DNA of 32,000 bases from an uncultured archaeon (GCA_964577555.1 CAZNZM010000002.1:119987-151986), one strand, 5' to 3'; counted from the stretch's first letter, positions 7,610-16,411 are shown. Notes: generated by a model from the sequence alone, not told the origin. Numbers and translations are program-made.

Positions 7610-8509
7610 TTATGTGTATAAATTGGCTTTAAATCCGTTGCTAATATACATTTTGTTTGATTCCGAAATAAAAAGTATTTCTGCAGGTAGTTTTTTTGAA
7701 ATTCTTATTCCTTCTTCAAATCCTGCGCAAAAAATCCCTTTTGCATATGCGTCTGCTTCTATTCCTGTTTTTGCTGAGACAAATATTGCTTTGCATCCTT
7801 GTATTGGCATTTTTGTTTTTGGATTTATGAGGTGGTGGAATTCGTTTAGCCATTTTCTCTTGTTTGTAGCAGTTCCTGCTATTGCTGAATCATTTATTCC
7901 TATTTCTCCTATTGCTATTTTCGGGTTGTCCGGGTGTTCTAAAAGTATTTTCCATGTTTGTGTTTTGTTTTTGGCTTTTGCATAAATGTCTCCGCCTGCA
8001 TTGATGTAATAATGGTTGATTTCTTTTTTGTCAAGTAGGTTTGCTATTTTATCTATGGCGTGTCCTTTTCCCAAGCCGCCAAAATCTATTTCTTTTTTTA
8101 GCATTATTTTTTGTTCTTTTTCGTTGATTTTTATGGCTTCGTCAAAAGTCAATTTTGGCGTGTTTATTTCTTCTATAATTTTTTCAAATTTTGGTTTGAA
8201 AGAGTAGTCTTTGTCATAGCCTATGCTGTCAAGCGCGGATTTTATTGTAATATCAAAGTTTCCTTCTGTTTCTTCGTGAATTTTTTTTGCAAATTTGAGT
8301 AGTTCTATAAATTCTTTTGAAACTTTTTGCCACTTGCCGAGGTTTTTGTTTGCAATTGAAAGAGTGGATTTTTCGTCAAATCTGGAGTAGGTTTTTTCAA
8401 TTCTTTCGATTTCTGAAAAGCATTCGTGGAAATATTTGTGGTATTGGCTTGGCAATTTTATTTCTATTTTCGTGCCAAGCCCGTATTTTGTTTTTGATAT
8501 TATTTTCAT
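7610..8509 (-). CDS. apbE: FAD:protein FMN transferase (ApbE family)
   Basis: 299 aa with family motifs DFGGLGKGHAIDKI, INAGGDIY and AIAGTATNKR. Confidence 0.9.
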   Translation of the reverse strand: MKIISKTKYGLGTKIEIKLPSQYHKYFHECFSEIERIEKTYSRFDEKSTLSIANKNLGKWQKVSKEFIELLKFAKKIHEETEGNFDITIKSALDSIGYDKDYSFKPKFEKIIEEINTPKLTFDEAIKINEKEQKIMLKKEIDFGGLGKGHAIDKIANLLDKKEINHYYINAGGDIYAKAKNKTQTWKILLEHPDNPKIAIGEIGINDSAIAGTATNKRKWLNEFHHLINPKTKMPIQGCKAIFVSAKTGIEADAYAKGIFCAGFEEGIRISKKLPAEILFISESNKMYISNGFKANLYT

Positions 8510-8514
8510 GTCAT

Positions 8515-9075
8515 CTACTTGTAATTTTCTGCAACTATTTCATTGATTGCCTTTTCAAAGGCTGCTGTAGTCAAGGATGATCCCGCTATTTGTTTTGGGA
8601 TTTTGATTTCCGTGATTTTTTTGCCTATTGCAAGGTTTGGCAGTTCATCATTGACTTTTTTCACATAGCTTTTTGTAATGTCGTTTGTTGATTCGCCTTT
8701 AATTGATGCTTTTGTAATTATTTCGTTTTCCACTGAAATGCTTACTTGCAAATTTTCTGTTCCTTTGACTTCGTCTTTTGGATAAGTGTATTTGACTGCT
8801 TTTGAATATTCGCCGTCTGCTATTGCTTTGTCTATTGCTTCTTTGATTTTTTCTTCGCCTGTTTTTGGATCGCCGGTGTTTATGATTGGTGTTTCATCTT
8901 TTATATTTGTGTTTTCTTGTGATTTTTGATTTTCTTGAGTTTGTTTATTTTCTGTATTTTGAATATTTTGAATATTCTGTTGGGCATTTTGAGTGTTTTG
9001 TGCCGTGTTTTGTTGTTGGGTGCAACCAGTCACCATTATTAGTGCGATGAAGATCATCGCGCTTGCAATTATCAT
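8515..9075 (-). CDS. Lipoprotein with a Q/N-rich linker and an FMN-binding-domain-like C-terminal domain (probable ApbE substrate)
   Basis: Signal peptide plus lipobox (LIMVTGC). A low-complexity QNTQNAQQNIQNIQNTENKQ linker follows. The C-terminal domain has the FMN_bind layout (DGEYSKAV...VSISVENEIITKASI...KQIAGSSLTTAAFEKAINEIV), where AGSSLTT aligns with the SGATxTS flavinylation motif. Confidence 0.6.
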   Translation of the reverse strand: MIIASAMIFIALIMVTGCTQQQNTAQNTQNAQQNIQNIQNTENKQTQENQKSQENTNIKDETPIINTGDPKTGEEKIKEAIDKAIADGEYSKAVKYTYPKDEVKGTENLQVSISVENEIITKASIKGESTNDITKSYVKKVNDELPNLAIGKKITEIKIPKQIAGSSLTTAAFEKAINEIVAENYK

Positions 9076-9295
9076 TTTCGTAAATTGTTTTTTTGTTATA
9101 TTTTCCCCTCCTTTTTTTGTTGTTATAATTCAGCTTGTGCTGAAATTTATTTTATTATTATTGTTTTTGTTTTATAAATTATCGTTTTTATTGAGTTGTT
9201 TTTTTTTGTTTTTCAAGTCTTTTTTTGGAGATTTTTGTTTGTTTGGTTAACCAAATACTTTTAATTTATTTTATGGTTGCTATTTTAGTGGTTTG

Positions 9296-10729
9296 ATGTC
9301 TGAAGATAATACTCTTGGCATTACTGTGAAAAAGTCTGAGGATTTTGTAGAGTGGTATAATCAGGTGGTTTTAAAGTCTGGGCTTGCAGATTATGCTCCA
9401 ATTAAGGGTTTCATGGTTATAAGGCCGAATGGTTATGCTATTTGGGAGTCTATTCAGAATTATTTTAATGTTGTAATGCGCCGTCTTGGCGTTCAAAACG
9501 CTTATTTTCCTTTGCTTATTCCAAAAGAGTTTTTTGAAATGGAGGCTGAGCATGCCGAGGGTTTTGCTCCAGAACTTGCTTGGGTTCAATCCAAAGAAGG
9601 TGATAATGAGAAGGTAGCCATAAGGCCTACTTCCGAGACAATAATTTACCATTCTTATTCCAAATGGATTCGTTCTTGGCGGGATTTGCCTTTGCGGATA
9701 AATCAGTGGTGTAATGTATTGCGTTGGGAGGTAAAGCAAACCAAGCTTTTTTTGCGTACAAGGGAATTTCTTTGGCAGGAAGGGCATTGTGTTTATGCAA
9801 CCAAAGAAGAGTGTGATAGGGAGGTAAGGTTGATTTTGGATGAGTATAAGAAGCTTGTTGAGGAGTTGCTTGCAATACCTGTTATTGCTGGTGAAAAAAC
9901 CGAGTCGGAAAAATTTGCTGGTGCGCTTTATACTACTACTATTGAAGGTTTGATGCCTGATGGACGGGCTTTGCAAATGGGTACTTCTCATAATCTTGGA
10001 CAGGGTTTTGCCAAGGCTTTTGGTTTGAAATTTGTTGATGTTGACAAGTTGGAGAAGTTTCCTTGGCAATCAAGTTGGGGTTTCAGTACAAGGTTGATTG
10101 GTGCAATAGTGATGGTTCATGGAGATGATAAGGGCTTGGTTTTGCCGCCAAGGGTTGCGCAGAACAAGATTGTTATTGTTCCTATTGTTTTTGGGGGTGA
10201 GAAGGAAAAAGTTTTGAAAAAGGCTAGGCAGTTAAAGGAAATTCTTTCTGGGTTTGGTGCATTGCTTGATGATAGGGATAATTATAATCCAGGTTGGAAG
10301 TTTTCCGATTGGGAATTGAAAGGAATACCTATTCGTATTGAGGTAGGTCCAAAGGATATTGAAAAGAGGCAGGTTGTTGTTGTTAGGCGTGATAATGGTA
10401 AAAAAGAAGCGGTTTCGGAAAATGAAATTGTGAAGAGGTGTTTTTCTATATTGGAGGAAATGCATAAAGACATGTTTTCAAAAGCAAAAAAATTTTTGAA
10501 TTCTAATATGGTTGAGGCAAAAAATGAAAAAGAGTTTTTGAAATTCATAAATGAAAAAAAGATGGTGCTTGTTAATTTTTGTTGCAATCCTGTTTGTGAA
10601 AAATCTGTTAAGGAAAAGACAGGTGTTACTTCAAGGTGCATTCCTTTTGAACAAAAAAATTTTGTTGGAAAATGCGTTTTTTGCGGTTCCAAATCAGAAA
10701 AAATGGTTCTTTTTGCAAAATCTTATTAG
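9296..10729 (+). CDS. proS: Prolyl-tRNA synthetase, archaeal/eukaryotic type
   Basis: Class II motifs FLRTREFLWQEGH and GTSHNLGQGFAKAF are present, with an anticodon-binding domain and a C-terminal Cys-containing domain (CCNPVCE...CVFCG). The track starts 3 nt earlier at a TTG. Confidence 0.95.
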   Translation: MSEDNTLGITVKKSEDFVEWYNQVVLKSGLADYAPIKGFMVIRPNGYAIWESIQNYFNVVMRRLGVQNAYFPLLIPKEFFEMEAEHAEGFAPELAWVQSKEGDNEKVAIRPTSETIIYHSYSKWIRSWRDLPLRINQWCNVLRWEVKQTKLFLRTREFLWQEGHCVYATKEECDREVRLILDEYKKLVEELLAIPVIAGEKTESEKFAGALYTTTIEGLMPDGRALQMGTSHNLGQGFAKAFGLKFVDVDKLEKFPWQSSWGFSTRLIGAIVMVHGDDKGLVLPPRVAQNKIVIVPIVFGGEKEKVLKKARQLKEILSGFGALLDDRDNYNPGWKFSDWELKGIPIRIEVGPKDIEKRQVVVVRRDNGKKEAVSENEIVKRCFSILEEMHKDMFSKAKKFLNSNMVEAKNEKEFLKFINEKKMVLVNFCCNPVCEKSVKEKTGVTSRCIPFEQKNFVGKCVFCGSKSEKMVLFAKSY

Positions 10730-10733
10730 TTTT

Positions 10734-11192
10734 TCAATTTAATATTTTTTTTGAGTTTGGTTCTGTCAAATCAAGTTCCCAAATTTCTATTATTGAATTG
10801 TCTATTATTTTTTCGTGTATTTGTACAAATTTGAATCCTGCGCTTTTGTAAATTTTTTTGGCTCTTAAGTTGTTCTTTTTCACTAGTAATATTATTTTTT
10901 TGCCGTTGGAGTTTTTGATGAATTTTATTGCATGATTGAGAAGTTCTTTGGCGTATCCTTTTTCTCTTTCTTGCGGTATTATGCTTATTGCATTGAGCAT
11001 CCATGCTTCTGGAAGTTTTTGTATTTCAACAAACCCTATTATTTTTCTGTTTTGTGTTTTTTTGAATATTTTTATGTTTTGGTTTTTCAGTCTTTCTGCA
11101 ATTTTTTCTTTTTGCATTTTTTTGTATGGAAATTCTTTTGCAATTATTTTTTCAAGAAATTGTATGTCTTTTTCTTCTGCTTCTGATATCAC
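10734..11192 (-). CDS. GNAT-family N-acetyltransferase (RimI-like)
   Basis: 152 aa with an acetyl-CoA-binding-type segment IPQEREKGYAKELLNHAIKFIK and the motif B-like region NLRAKKIYKSAGF. Its start overlaps the stop of the upstream PIN-like gene by 4 nt. Confidence 0.8.
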   Translation of the reverse strand: MISEAEEKDIQFLEKIIAKEFPYKKMQKEKIAERLKNQNIKIFKKTQNRKIIGFVEIQKLPEAWMLNAISIIPQEREKGYAKELLNHAIKFIKNSNGKKIILLVKKNNLRAKKIYKSAGFKFVQIHEKIIDNSIIEIWELDLTEPNSKKILN

Positions 11193-11884
11193 TTTCCCAC
11201 TTCATTCAAATAACTTTTTATTTCGCTTTCCGATACCGCGCAACCAGCGTATTTTGCCGCCCAGAGAGAGGCTTCGAGTGCTTCTTTTGATTTTTTGACT
11301 TCTGTTTCTATTGCGCCGCATTCGTATGCAAAGGCTATGAGTTCAACTGATCTTATTATTTTTAATCCTGCGAACATTGCTGTGAATTCTCTTGCGGCGT
11401 GTGGGTTTATGGTGATTTGTTTGTGGTGTCTTTTTTCTAGAAAGTCGTGCATGTTGAATGGTTCTTCTACAAGCATTCTTGTTGTTCTTTCATCAACCAT
11501 TACGATTTTTGCTCCTGAATTTTTTGCCAAGGCAAGTGCTTCCGTTTCCCCTTTTTGAATTAGTTTTAGCGGCTTTCCATTGGCTAGGCATATTTCGCTT
11601 GAAATGTTGTTTATATATTGCATAAGAGATTTTATTTCAGGCGTGGATTTTTTCACTTTTATGTATCCTTCTTCTACCGCGTCTTTTATTCTGATTGCAT
11701 TTAGCTCGTATTGTTTTATTTTTAGCGGATTGATTACGCTTTCTTCGTATACTGATTCTGGTATTGTAAAATTAAGTTTTTTCATTTCAGTTAGATTTTT
11801 GATTATTTTTATGAGGCAATTGTCTGATATTGTTATAAGGCTGCTTGAATCGACTATGATTGTTTTGTTTTTGTATTGGCTCAT
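11189..11884 (-). CDS. PIN-like nuclease-fold protein (COG2405/DUF3368-like), enlarged
   Basis: Acidic residues follow the PIN pattern: IIVDSSSL, GETEALALAKNSGAKIVMVDERTTR, then LKIIRSVELIAFAYECG, resembling the DUF3368 tail. 4-nt overlaps with both neighbouring genes. Confidence 0.5.
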   Translation of the reverse strand: MSQYKNKTIIVDSSSLITISDNCLIKIIKNLTEMKKLNFTIPESVYEESVINPLKIKQYELNAIRIKDAVEEGYIKVKKSTPEIKSLMQYINNISSEICLANGKPLKLIQKGETEALALAKNSGAKIVMVDERTTRMLVEEPFNMHDFLEKRHHKQITINPHAAREFTAMFAGLKIIRSVELIAFAYECGAIETEVKKSKEALEASLWAAKYAGCAVSESEIKSYLNEVGK

Positions 11885-12432
11885 TTGGCAATCTCCTTTA
11901 GTGCAATTATTCTTTTTTTTATTCCGGTTGTTGTTGGTTCTTCATCATGTATTCTTGTTTCGCCAATATAGTGTTGAAGTTCTTTTTTTTCTGCCCCTGT
12001 TAATTCTGCAGCTTGGCTTAGGCTTAGCCCCAATGCATATGCTGTTGAGGCTTGTTTCATTTTGGCTTTTTCATAAATGTTTTTTGCAAAGTGGCTGAGT
12101 TTGTCGTCAATGTTTTCTATTTTTTGTATTGCGTCTTTTAAGTTTCTTTTGAATGATCTGTGTTTTCCTTGGAGTACTGCTTGGGTGCTTTTTTGCAGCG
12201 ACTTGGTAATACTTGATGCTATTTCTTGCCATTTTGGGTTTTGGATAAAGTGTTCTTTTGTTAGCATTTTGTAAAGTGCGTATGATATTACTGATATTTT
12301 TGCCATGTCGTGGTCAAATGAGATAGTTGCGTCGTTTATGCTGTCGTTTGCAATTTTTTTGATGTCGTAGATGTTGCCCGCTGAAAATGCTTTTGAAAGA
12401 GCGTCTAATCTTTGTGCGAGTTTTGGCTGCAT
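11881..12432 (-). CDS. Helical protein with a C-terminal UPF0175-like HTH (candidate antitoxin/regulator partner of the PIN-like gene)
   Basis: The C-terminus YALGLSLSQAAELTGAEKKELQHYIGETRI resembles the UPF0175/COG2886 motif (SLgkAAElaGms..ef...L). An N-terminal extension of about 120 aa has unknown function. Confidence 0.4.
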   Translation of the reverse strand: MQPKLAQRLDALSKAFSAGNIYDIKKIANDSINDATISFDHDMAKISVISYALYKMLTKEHFIQNPKWQEIASSITKSLQKSTQAVLQGKHRSFKRNLKDAIQKIENIDDKLSHFAKNIYEKAKMKQASTAYALGLSLSQAAELTGAEKKELQHYIGETRIHDEEPTTTGIKKRIIALKEIAK

Positions 12433-13134
12433 AAAAACTAACTATGGTTTTAGTATATAATGTTTTTGCCTGGTTTGGTGTTGTTTATTTTTTTTAAGCC
12501 TGTTTTTTTTGTTTGGTTTTTGCAAGCCGTTTTTTTGTCAATTTTCTTTTTTTGAATTTATTTTTTTTGGTTTTTGTGTTTTTTTTGCGAGCCGATTTTT
12601 TTTGTGTTGTTTTTTTTGTGATTTTATTTTTTTTTATTTAAAATTGTTTTGTCTTTTTTTTGTGGCTTGTTTTTTTTTGAATTATTTTTTTTGGTTTTTG
12701 TGTTTTTTTTGGCGGGCTGTTTTTTTGTGGGTTTGTTTTATTTTTTTTTGTTTTTGTTGGTTTGGTTTTTTTTTGTTGGGTCAATGTTGTTTTTTTTAAA
12801 TTTGCTTTTTTTTGTTTTTTTTTGGTATTGCTAGCCATTTTTTTTTGTCATTGTTTTTTGTGAGCTATTTTTTGTTATTTTTTTTGTGATTTTATTTTTT
12901 TTTATTTAAAATTGTTTTGTCTTTTTTTGGCTTGTTTTTTTTCAAGCTGTTTTTTTTATGGAATTTTGTTTTTTTGGAGACTTTTTTTGTCAAGCCGTTT
13001 TTTGGCGAGCCGATTTTTTTGTCATTTTGTTTTTGTAAGCTTATTTTTTTTGATTTGTTTTTTTATAAATGGTTTTTAAGGTTGTTGTGCTGGCAAGCCA
13101 AGTTTTTTATTATGAAAGTTGCCTTTACATTAGG
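12433..13134. repeat. Second T/G-only intergenic array of the AGCC-core repeat, with long internal direct repeats
   Basis: About 700 bp of nearly pure T/G. Cores start at 12522, 12587, 12712, 12830, 12860, 12942, 12989, 13005, 13035 and 13093. A direct repeat of about 65 nt occurs at 12611-12678 and 12879-12940, and one of about 55 nt at 12549-12600 and 12672-12727. Confidence 0.75.
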
Positions 13135-14424
13135 ATGAAATATATTGTTTTGTGTTTTTTTGTTTTGTTGCCTTGTGTTTTTTCTGTATCCAGCAGTGAC
13201 GCGGTTAATTTGGTTATTGCGTCAAACCATTATTTGTATGATTCTGAAACATATACTCCGCCGAACGTTCCAATAAAATTTGAGGACAAGAGTTATTGGG
13301 TTATCCCTTTGACTTCTGGCAAAGATGTTGTCACTTATTTTCCTGTTGAATCTTCAAGAGGAGAGCTTTCCACTTCAAGGCAAATTAATCGCGGGCTTTT
13401 TGAGGTTTCTGATTCTTTGCGCGAATTGCAACTTCTTAAAGCTTCTATTTCACAAGGCAGGTCTGTTGATTGGATTTTTACGCAGAAATATAGGGAGATT
13501 TTTGCAGAGTTTTCTCTTCAATTGCAGGATGAAATTTTTCAATTGAATACTGCTGAATCAATTCTTTCTGCTAATAAAATAGATTCTGATCTTTCTCAGC
13601 TTGTTTCTGGTTTAAGGTCAATGTCTTCACTTTCTTCTGAAATTTCTGAGTATATTTTTGCTGCCTCTAAATCTGAAGATGCTTTTTTTCAATCTCCTTC
13701 TTCTGATAGTCTTTCTGAATTAAAAGAGTCTTATGAAAAGGTTTTTTCCGGAATTTCGTTACTTAATGATAATGCTATTGTTTATCGTAGCGGTATTTCG
13801 AAGTTGAAGCAGGAAATTTCTTTTGCAAATATTGATGCTGAAATAAAGTCTCAGCTTTTTAATATTTTGGATGTGCCTTCAGGGCTTAATGCAGTAAGGA
13901 ATTACAATTTGGATTCAATCCAGATAAAGACTTCTGTTGATTCGGCTTTTTCAAAAACGAGTTTGAGAATGGATTCTATGCTTTCAGAATTGGATAACAG
14001 GATTTTGAAGAATAAAGTATATAATTTGATTTATTCCGATAATGAGAAATTGAAGAAGGCGACTGGTTTTTCGTCTCTTTTTGAAGCTCAGAAGAATATT
14101 CTTTCTGATGAAGTAAAAGACAGTTGGGAGAATTCGTCAAAGGTTTCAGATTTGGAGAAGGATTATTTGAAAGCAGTTGAATTATATAATAAAAGGGTTT
14201 TTTCTCAATCGGAAAAATATGCAAACTTGGCTATTGACGACGCTATTGCTGTTTATAGGGGTGGCCAAAAAAAGAAGCCAGTTTCAAGTATTGATAACAG
14301 TACTTTGGTCAATTTTGCTATTGTCCTTGCTGTTCTCTTAATTGTTTTGTTTGCTTTTAATAATTCTAGTAAAATAAAAAAATGGGTGGAGGGTAAAAAA
14401 GACGAAGTTGATTTTTATGGTTGA
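13135..14424 (+). CDS. Type I membrane protein, Ser-rich extracellular domain
   Basis: The ATG at 13135 gives a clean signal peptide (MKYIVLCFFVLLPCVFSVSS), whereas the track start at 13069 lies in the T-array. A C-terminal TM follows (LVNFAIVLAVLLIVLFAF) with a short basic tail. No family recognised. Confidence 0.7.
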   Translation: MKYIVLCFFVLLPCVFSVSSSDAVNLVIASNHYLYDSETYTPPNVPIKFEDKSYWVIPLTSGKDVVTYFPVESSRGELSTSRQINRGLFEVSDSLRELQLLKASISQGRSVDWIFTQKYREIFAEFSLQLQDEIFQLNTAESILSANKIDSDLSQLVSGLRSMSSLSSEISEYIFAASKSEDAFFQSPSSDSLSELKESYEKVFSGISLLNDNAIVYRSGISKLKQEISFANIDAEIKSQLFNILDVPSGLNAVRNYNLDSIQIKTSVDSAFSKTSLRMDSMLSELDNRILKNKVYNLIYSDNEKLKKATGFSSLFEAQKNILSDEVKDSWENSSKVSDLEKDYLKAVELYNKRVFSQSEKYANLAIDDAIAVYRGGQKKKPVSSIDNSTLVNFAIVLAVLLIVLFAFNNSSKIKKWVEGKKDEVDFYG

Positions 14425-15295
14425 TTTTCGTTTTTGTTTTTTGATTTTGTCGTTGGTTTTTTTTTCTGTTTTTGCAGATTCGAGGATAGCAGTCACTATT
14501 GATGAGAATGCTGGTGCTTCTCTTTATCAGTTTGAATCGCGAGAGTTTGTTGTTTCTGTGGTAAATACTTCTGAAAGTGAGGTTGCTGATGTAGTTTTGA
14601 GGTTTGAGCCTTCGGAAAATATTGCAGTGCTTGTGGGTGGCGAGGAAAGGAGGGAGCATTTTATTTCTTTGTATAATATTCAGCCAGGCGAAGTGAGAAA
14701 GAAATCTGTTGAGTTGAAGGCTCTTTCAAATATTGGTGTTGCTGTTTTGAAAATTTATTTTGGTGATGGTTTTTTTGAGAGTTCTTATTCTGTAAATTTT
14801 AATGTAGTTGAATCTCCGCTTTATGTTGAGTTAAGGCAGTTGAAGGAGCCTTTTGTTGAAGAGGAAAAGGTTGAATTGTTATTAATTAATAATTCCTCTG
14901 AAAAGATTGGCTTTATTAAGGCGGTTGTTCTTCCTTCTAAAGTCGTTTCTTTCAAAGGCAAGCCTTTTGAATTAAAAGCTCTTGATTCTAATGGTTCTGT
15001 AAGAGGTGTTCTTAATTATTCAGAAGCTGGTTTTGGCAAGCCAAATAGTGTTGTTGTGCGAGTTTTTTTTGATGATTCTAAGGGTACTCATGTCATTGAA
15101 AAAAGCTTGATTGTTTCTTCTAATGAATATCGTGACTTTGTTGCAATTATTGCTGTTTTGGCGATAATTGGTTTTGTTTTTTATTATTTTAGAAAAAGAT
15201 CAAGATCTGTTGGCAATAGTGGCGATTCTATTTCTGGTCATGCTGGGAATGAAAGTCATGGAAGTAAGCACGATTCAAAGCATAATTTTCATTGA
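14417..15295 (+). CDS. Type I membrane protein with Ig/CARDB-like repeats and a His-rich cytoplasmic tail
   Basis: It has a signal peptide (FCFLILSLVFFSVFA), beta-rich repeats (VVSVVNTSESEVADVVLRFEP...), a TM (FVAIIAVLAIIGFVFYYF) and a tail SGHAGNESHGSKHDSKHNFH. The ATG overlaps the upstream stop by 8 nt. Confidence 0.7.
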   Translation: MVDFRFCFLILSLVFFSVFADSRIAVTIDENAGASLYQFESREFVVSVVNTSESEVADVVLRFEPSENIAVLVGGEERREHFISLYNIQPGEVRKKSVELKALSNIGVAVLKIYFGDGFFESSYSVNFNVVESPLYVELRQLKEPFVEEEKVELLLINNSSEKIGFIKAVVLPSKVVSFKGKPFELKALDSNGSVRGVLNYSEAGFGKPNSVVVRVFFDDSKGTHVIEKSLIVSSNEYRDFVAIIAVLAIIGFVFYYFRKRSRSVGNSGDSISGHAGNESHGSKHDSKHNFH

Positions 15296-15300
15296 TTTTT

Positions 15301-16368
15301 TTATGCCGAAAATTCTATTATATCACCCATTTTGAGTTCGTATTCTTTTGATACTCTTTGTCCTGGAAATTTTGTAGAACCCCATACTTTGGCGTATTTG
15401 AGGTTTTTTGCTATTTCTTTGTGCACCATTTCCGCTATTTCTGTTATTGTGGCTCCTTTTTTTGTCACTAGTGGTTTTTCTAAGTCTGCTTCTTTTCCGG
15501 GTTTTTTTGTGTAAACAATTATTTTTCCAAGCAATTTGAATATTATTTCTTTTAAGTGGTCGTCTTCAAATGTATTGAATGTGTGCAAAAATAGGCATTC
15601 TTTGTATTCGATTCCTTGGTCTAATACTTCTTTTATTTTGTCTTTTGTGGCTGGTTCTTCCAAAATAATGGTTGCGTTGTGTATTCCAAATTCTTTTAGA
15701 ATGTTTTCCAACTCTGTTTGAGGTATTTTGAGAAAGTTTTTTCCAGTAATTGTAAGTCCTTTGGAATTGGATGGTTTTATAGTTATTTTTGGTTTTTTTC
15801 TTCCTAATATTATTTTTGCTTTTTCCAGTTCTTTTATTATTGTGTTTTTTTCTTCTTCTGTTTTGTATATTAGTATTATTGCATCTGCGTTTCTTATGAG
15901 GCTCATTAATTGGGTTCCGTTTGCTTTTCCTTCGCTGCTGCCTTCTATAATGGCTGGAACTTCAACTAATTGGACTAGTGCACCTTTAAAGTTCATCATG
16001 CCTATTTCTGGCATTGTTGTGGTGAATGGGTAATCTGCTATTTCAACTTCTACTTTTGTCAATCTGTGGAGTAAATAGCTTTTTCCTGAGTTTGGTGCTC
16101 CTACAATTGCTATTTGTCCTGCCCCTTCTTTTTTGATGTTGAAGGATATTCCTGCTCCTTTTTTTGCTTGTTGTTCTTTTTGTTTTTCTATTTCTTTTTT
16201 TAGTTTTGCGATTTTGTAGGTTATTTCAGCGATTAGGTTTTCGCTGGATTTGTGTTTTGGCGCGTATTTTAACATTTCTTTGAGTGACGCAAGTTTTTGT
16301 TCTGAAGTAGTTGCTTCTTGGTATTTTTTTTGTGCAGCAAAATATTCTGGGCCTGCGTTTGTTGTCAT
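15301..16368 (-). CDS. DRG/Rbg-family (Obg-like) GTPase with a C-terminal TGS domain and non-canonical G3/G4 motifs
   Basis: The P-loop IVGAPNSGKS, ADYPFTT (G2) and the TGS-like end (IIVYTKKPG...VWG...MGDIIEF) match DRG. The likely start is MTTNAGPEYF at 16368. The track's extension to 16467 would overlap the upstream gene. Confidence 0.85.
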   Translation of the reverse strand: MTTNAGPEYFAAQKKYQEATTSEQKLASLKEMLKYAPKHKSSENLIAEITYKIAKLKKEIEKQKEQQAKKGAGISFNIKKEGAGQIAIVGAPNSGKSYLLHRLTKVEVEIADYPFTTTMPEIGMMNFKGALVQLVEVPAIIEGSSEGKANGTQLMSLIRNADAIILIYKTEEEKNTIIKELEKAKIILGRKKPKITIKPSNSKGLTITGKNFLKIPQTELENILKEFGIHNATIILEEPATKDKIKEVLDQGIEYKECLFLHTFNTFEDDHLKEIIFKLLGKIIVYTKKPGKEADLEKPLVTKKGATITEIAEMVHKEIAKNLKYAKVWGSTKFPGQRVSKEYELKMGDIIEFSA

Positions 16369-16411
16369 CCGAAAAAATTGAGTGGTAATTATTATTAAAA
16401 TTGTTTTTTTG

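Noticed and set aside
9103-9144. ggaggggaaaa (- strand) and the hairpin ttcagc-ttgt-gctgaa upstream of the FMN-binding lipoprotein gene
   Set aside because: The purine run is about 30 nt from the ATG, too far for a ribosome-binding site. The 6-bp hairpin is too small to interpret without transcript data.
12433-13134. Replication origin hypothesis for the long AT-rich spacers
   Set aside because: I could not recognise any ORB/mini-ORB-like elements, there is no adjacent orc1/cdc6, and the strand skew does not switch sign across either array.
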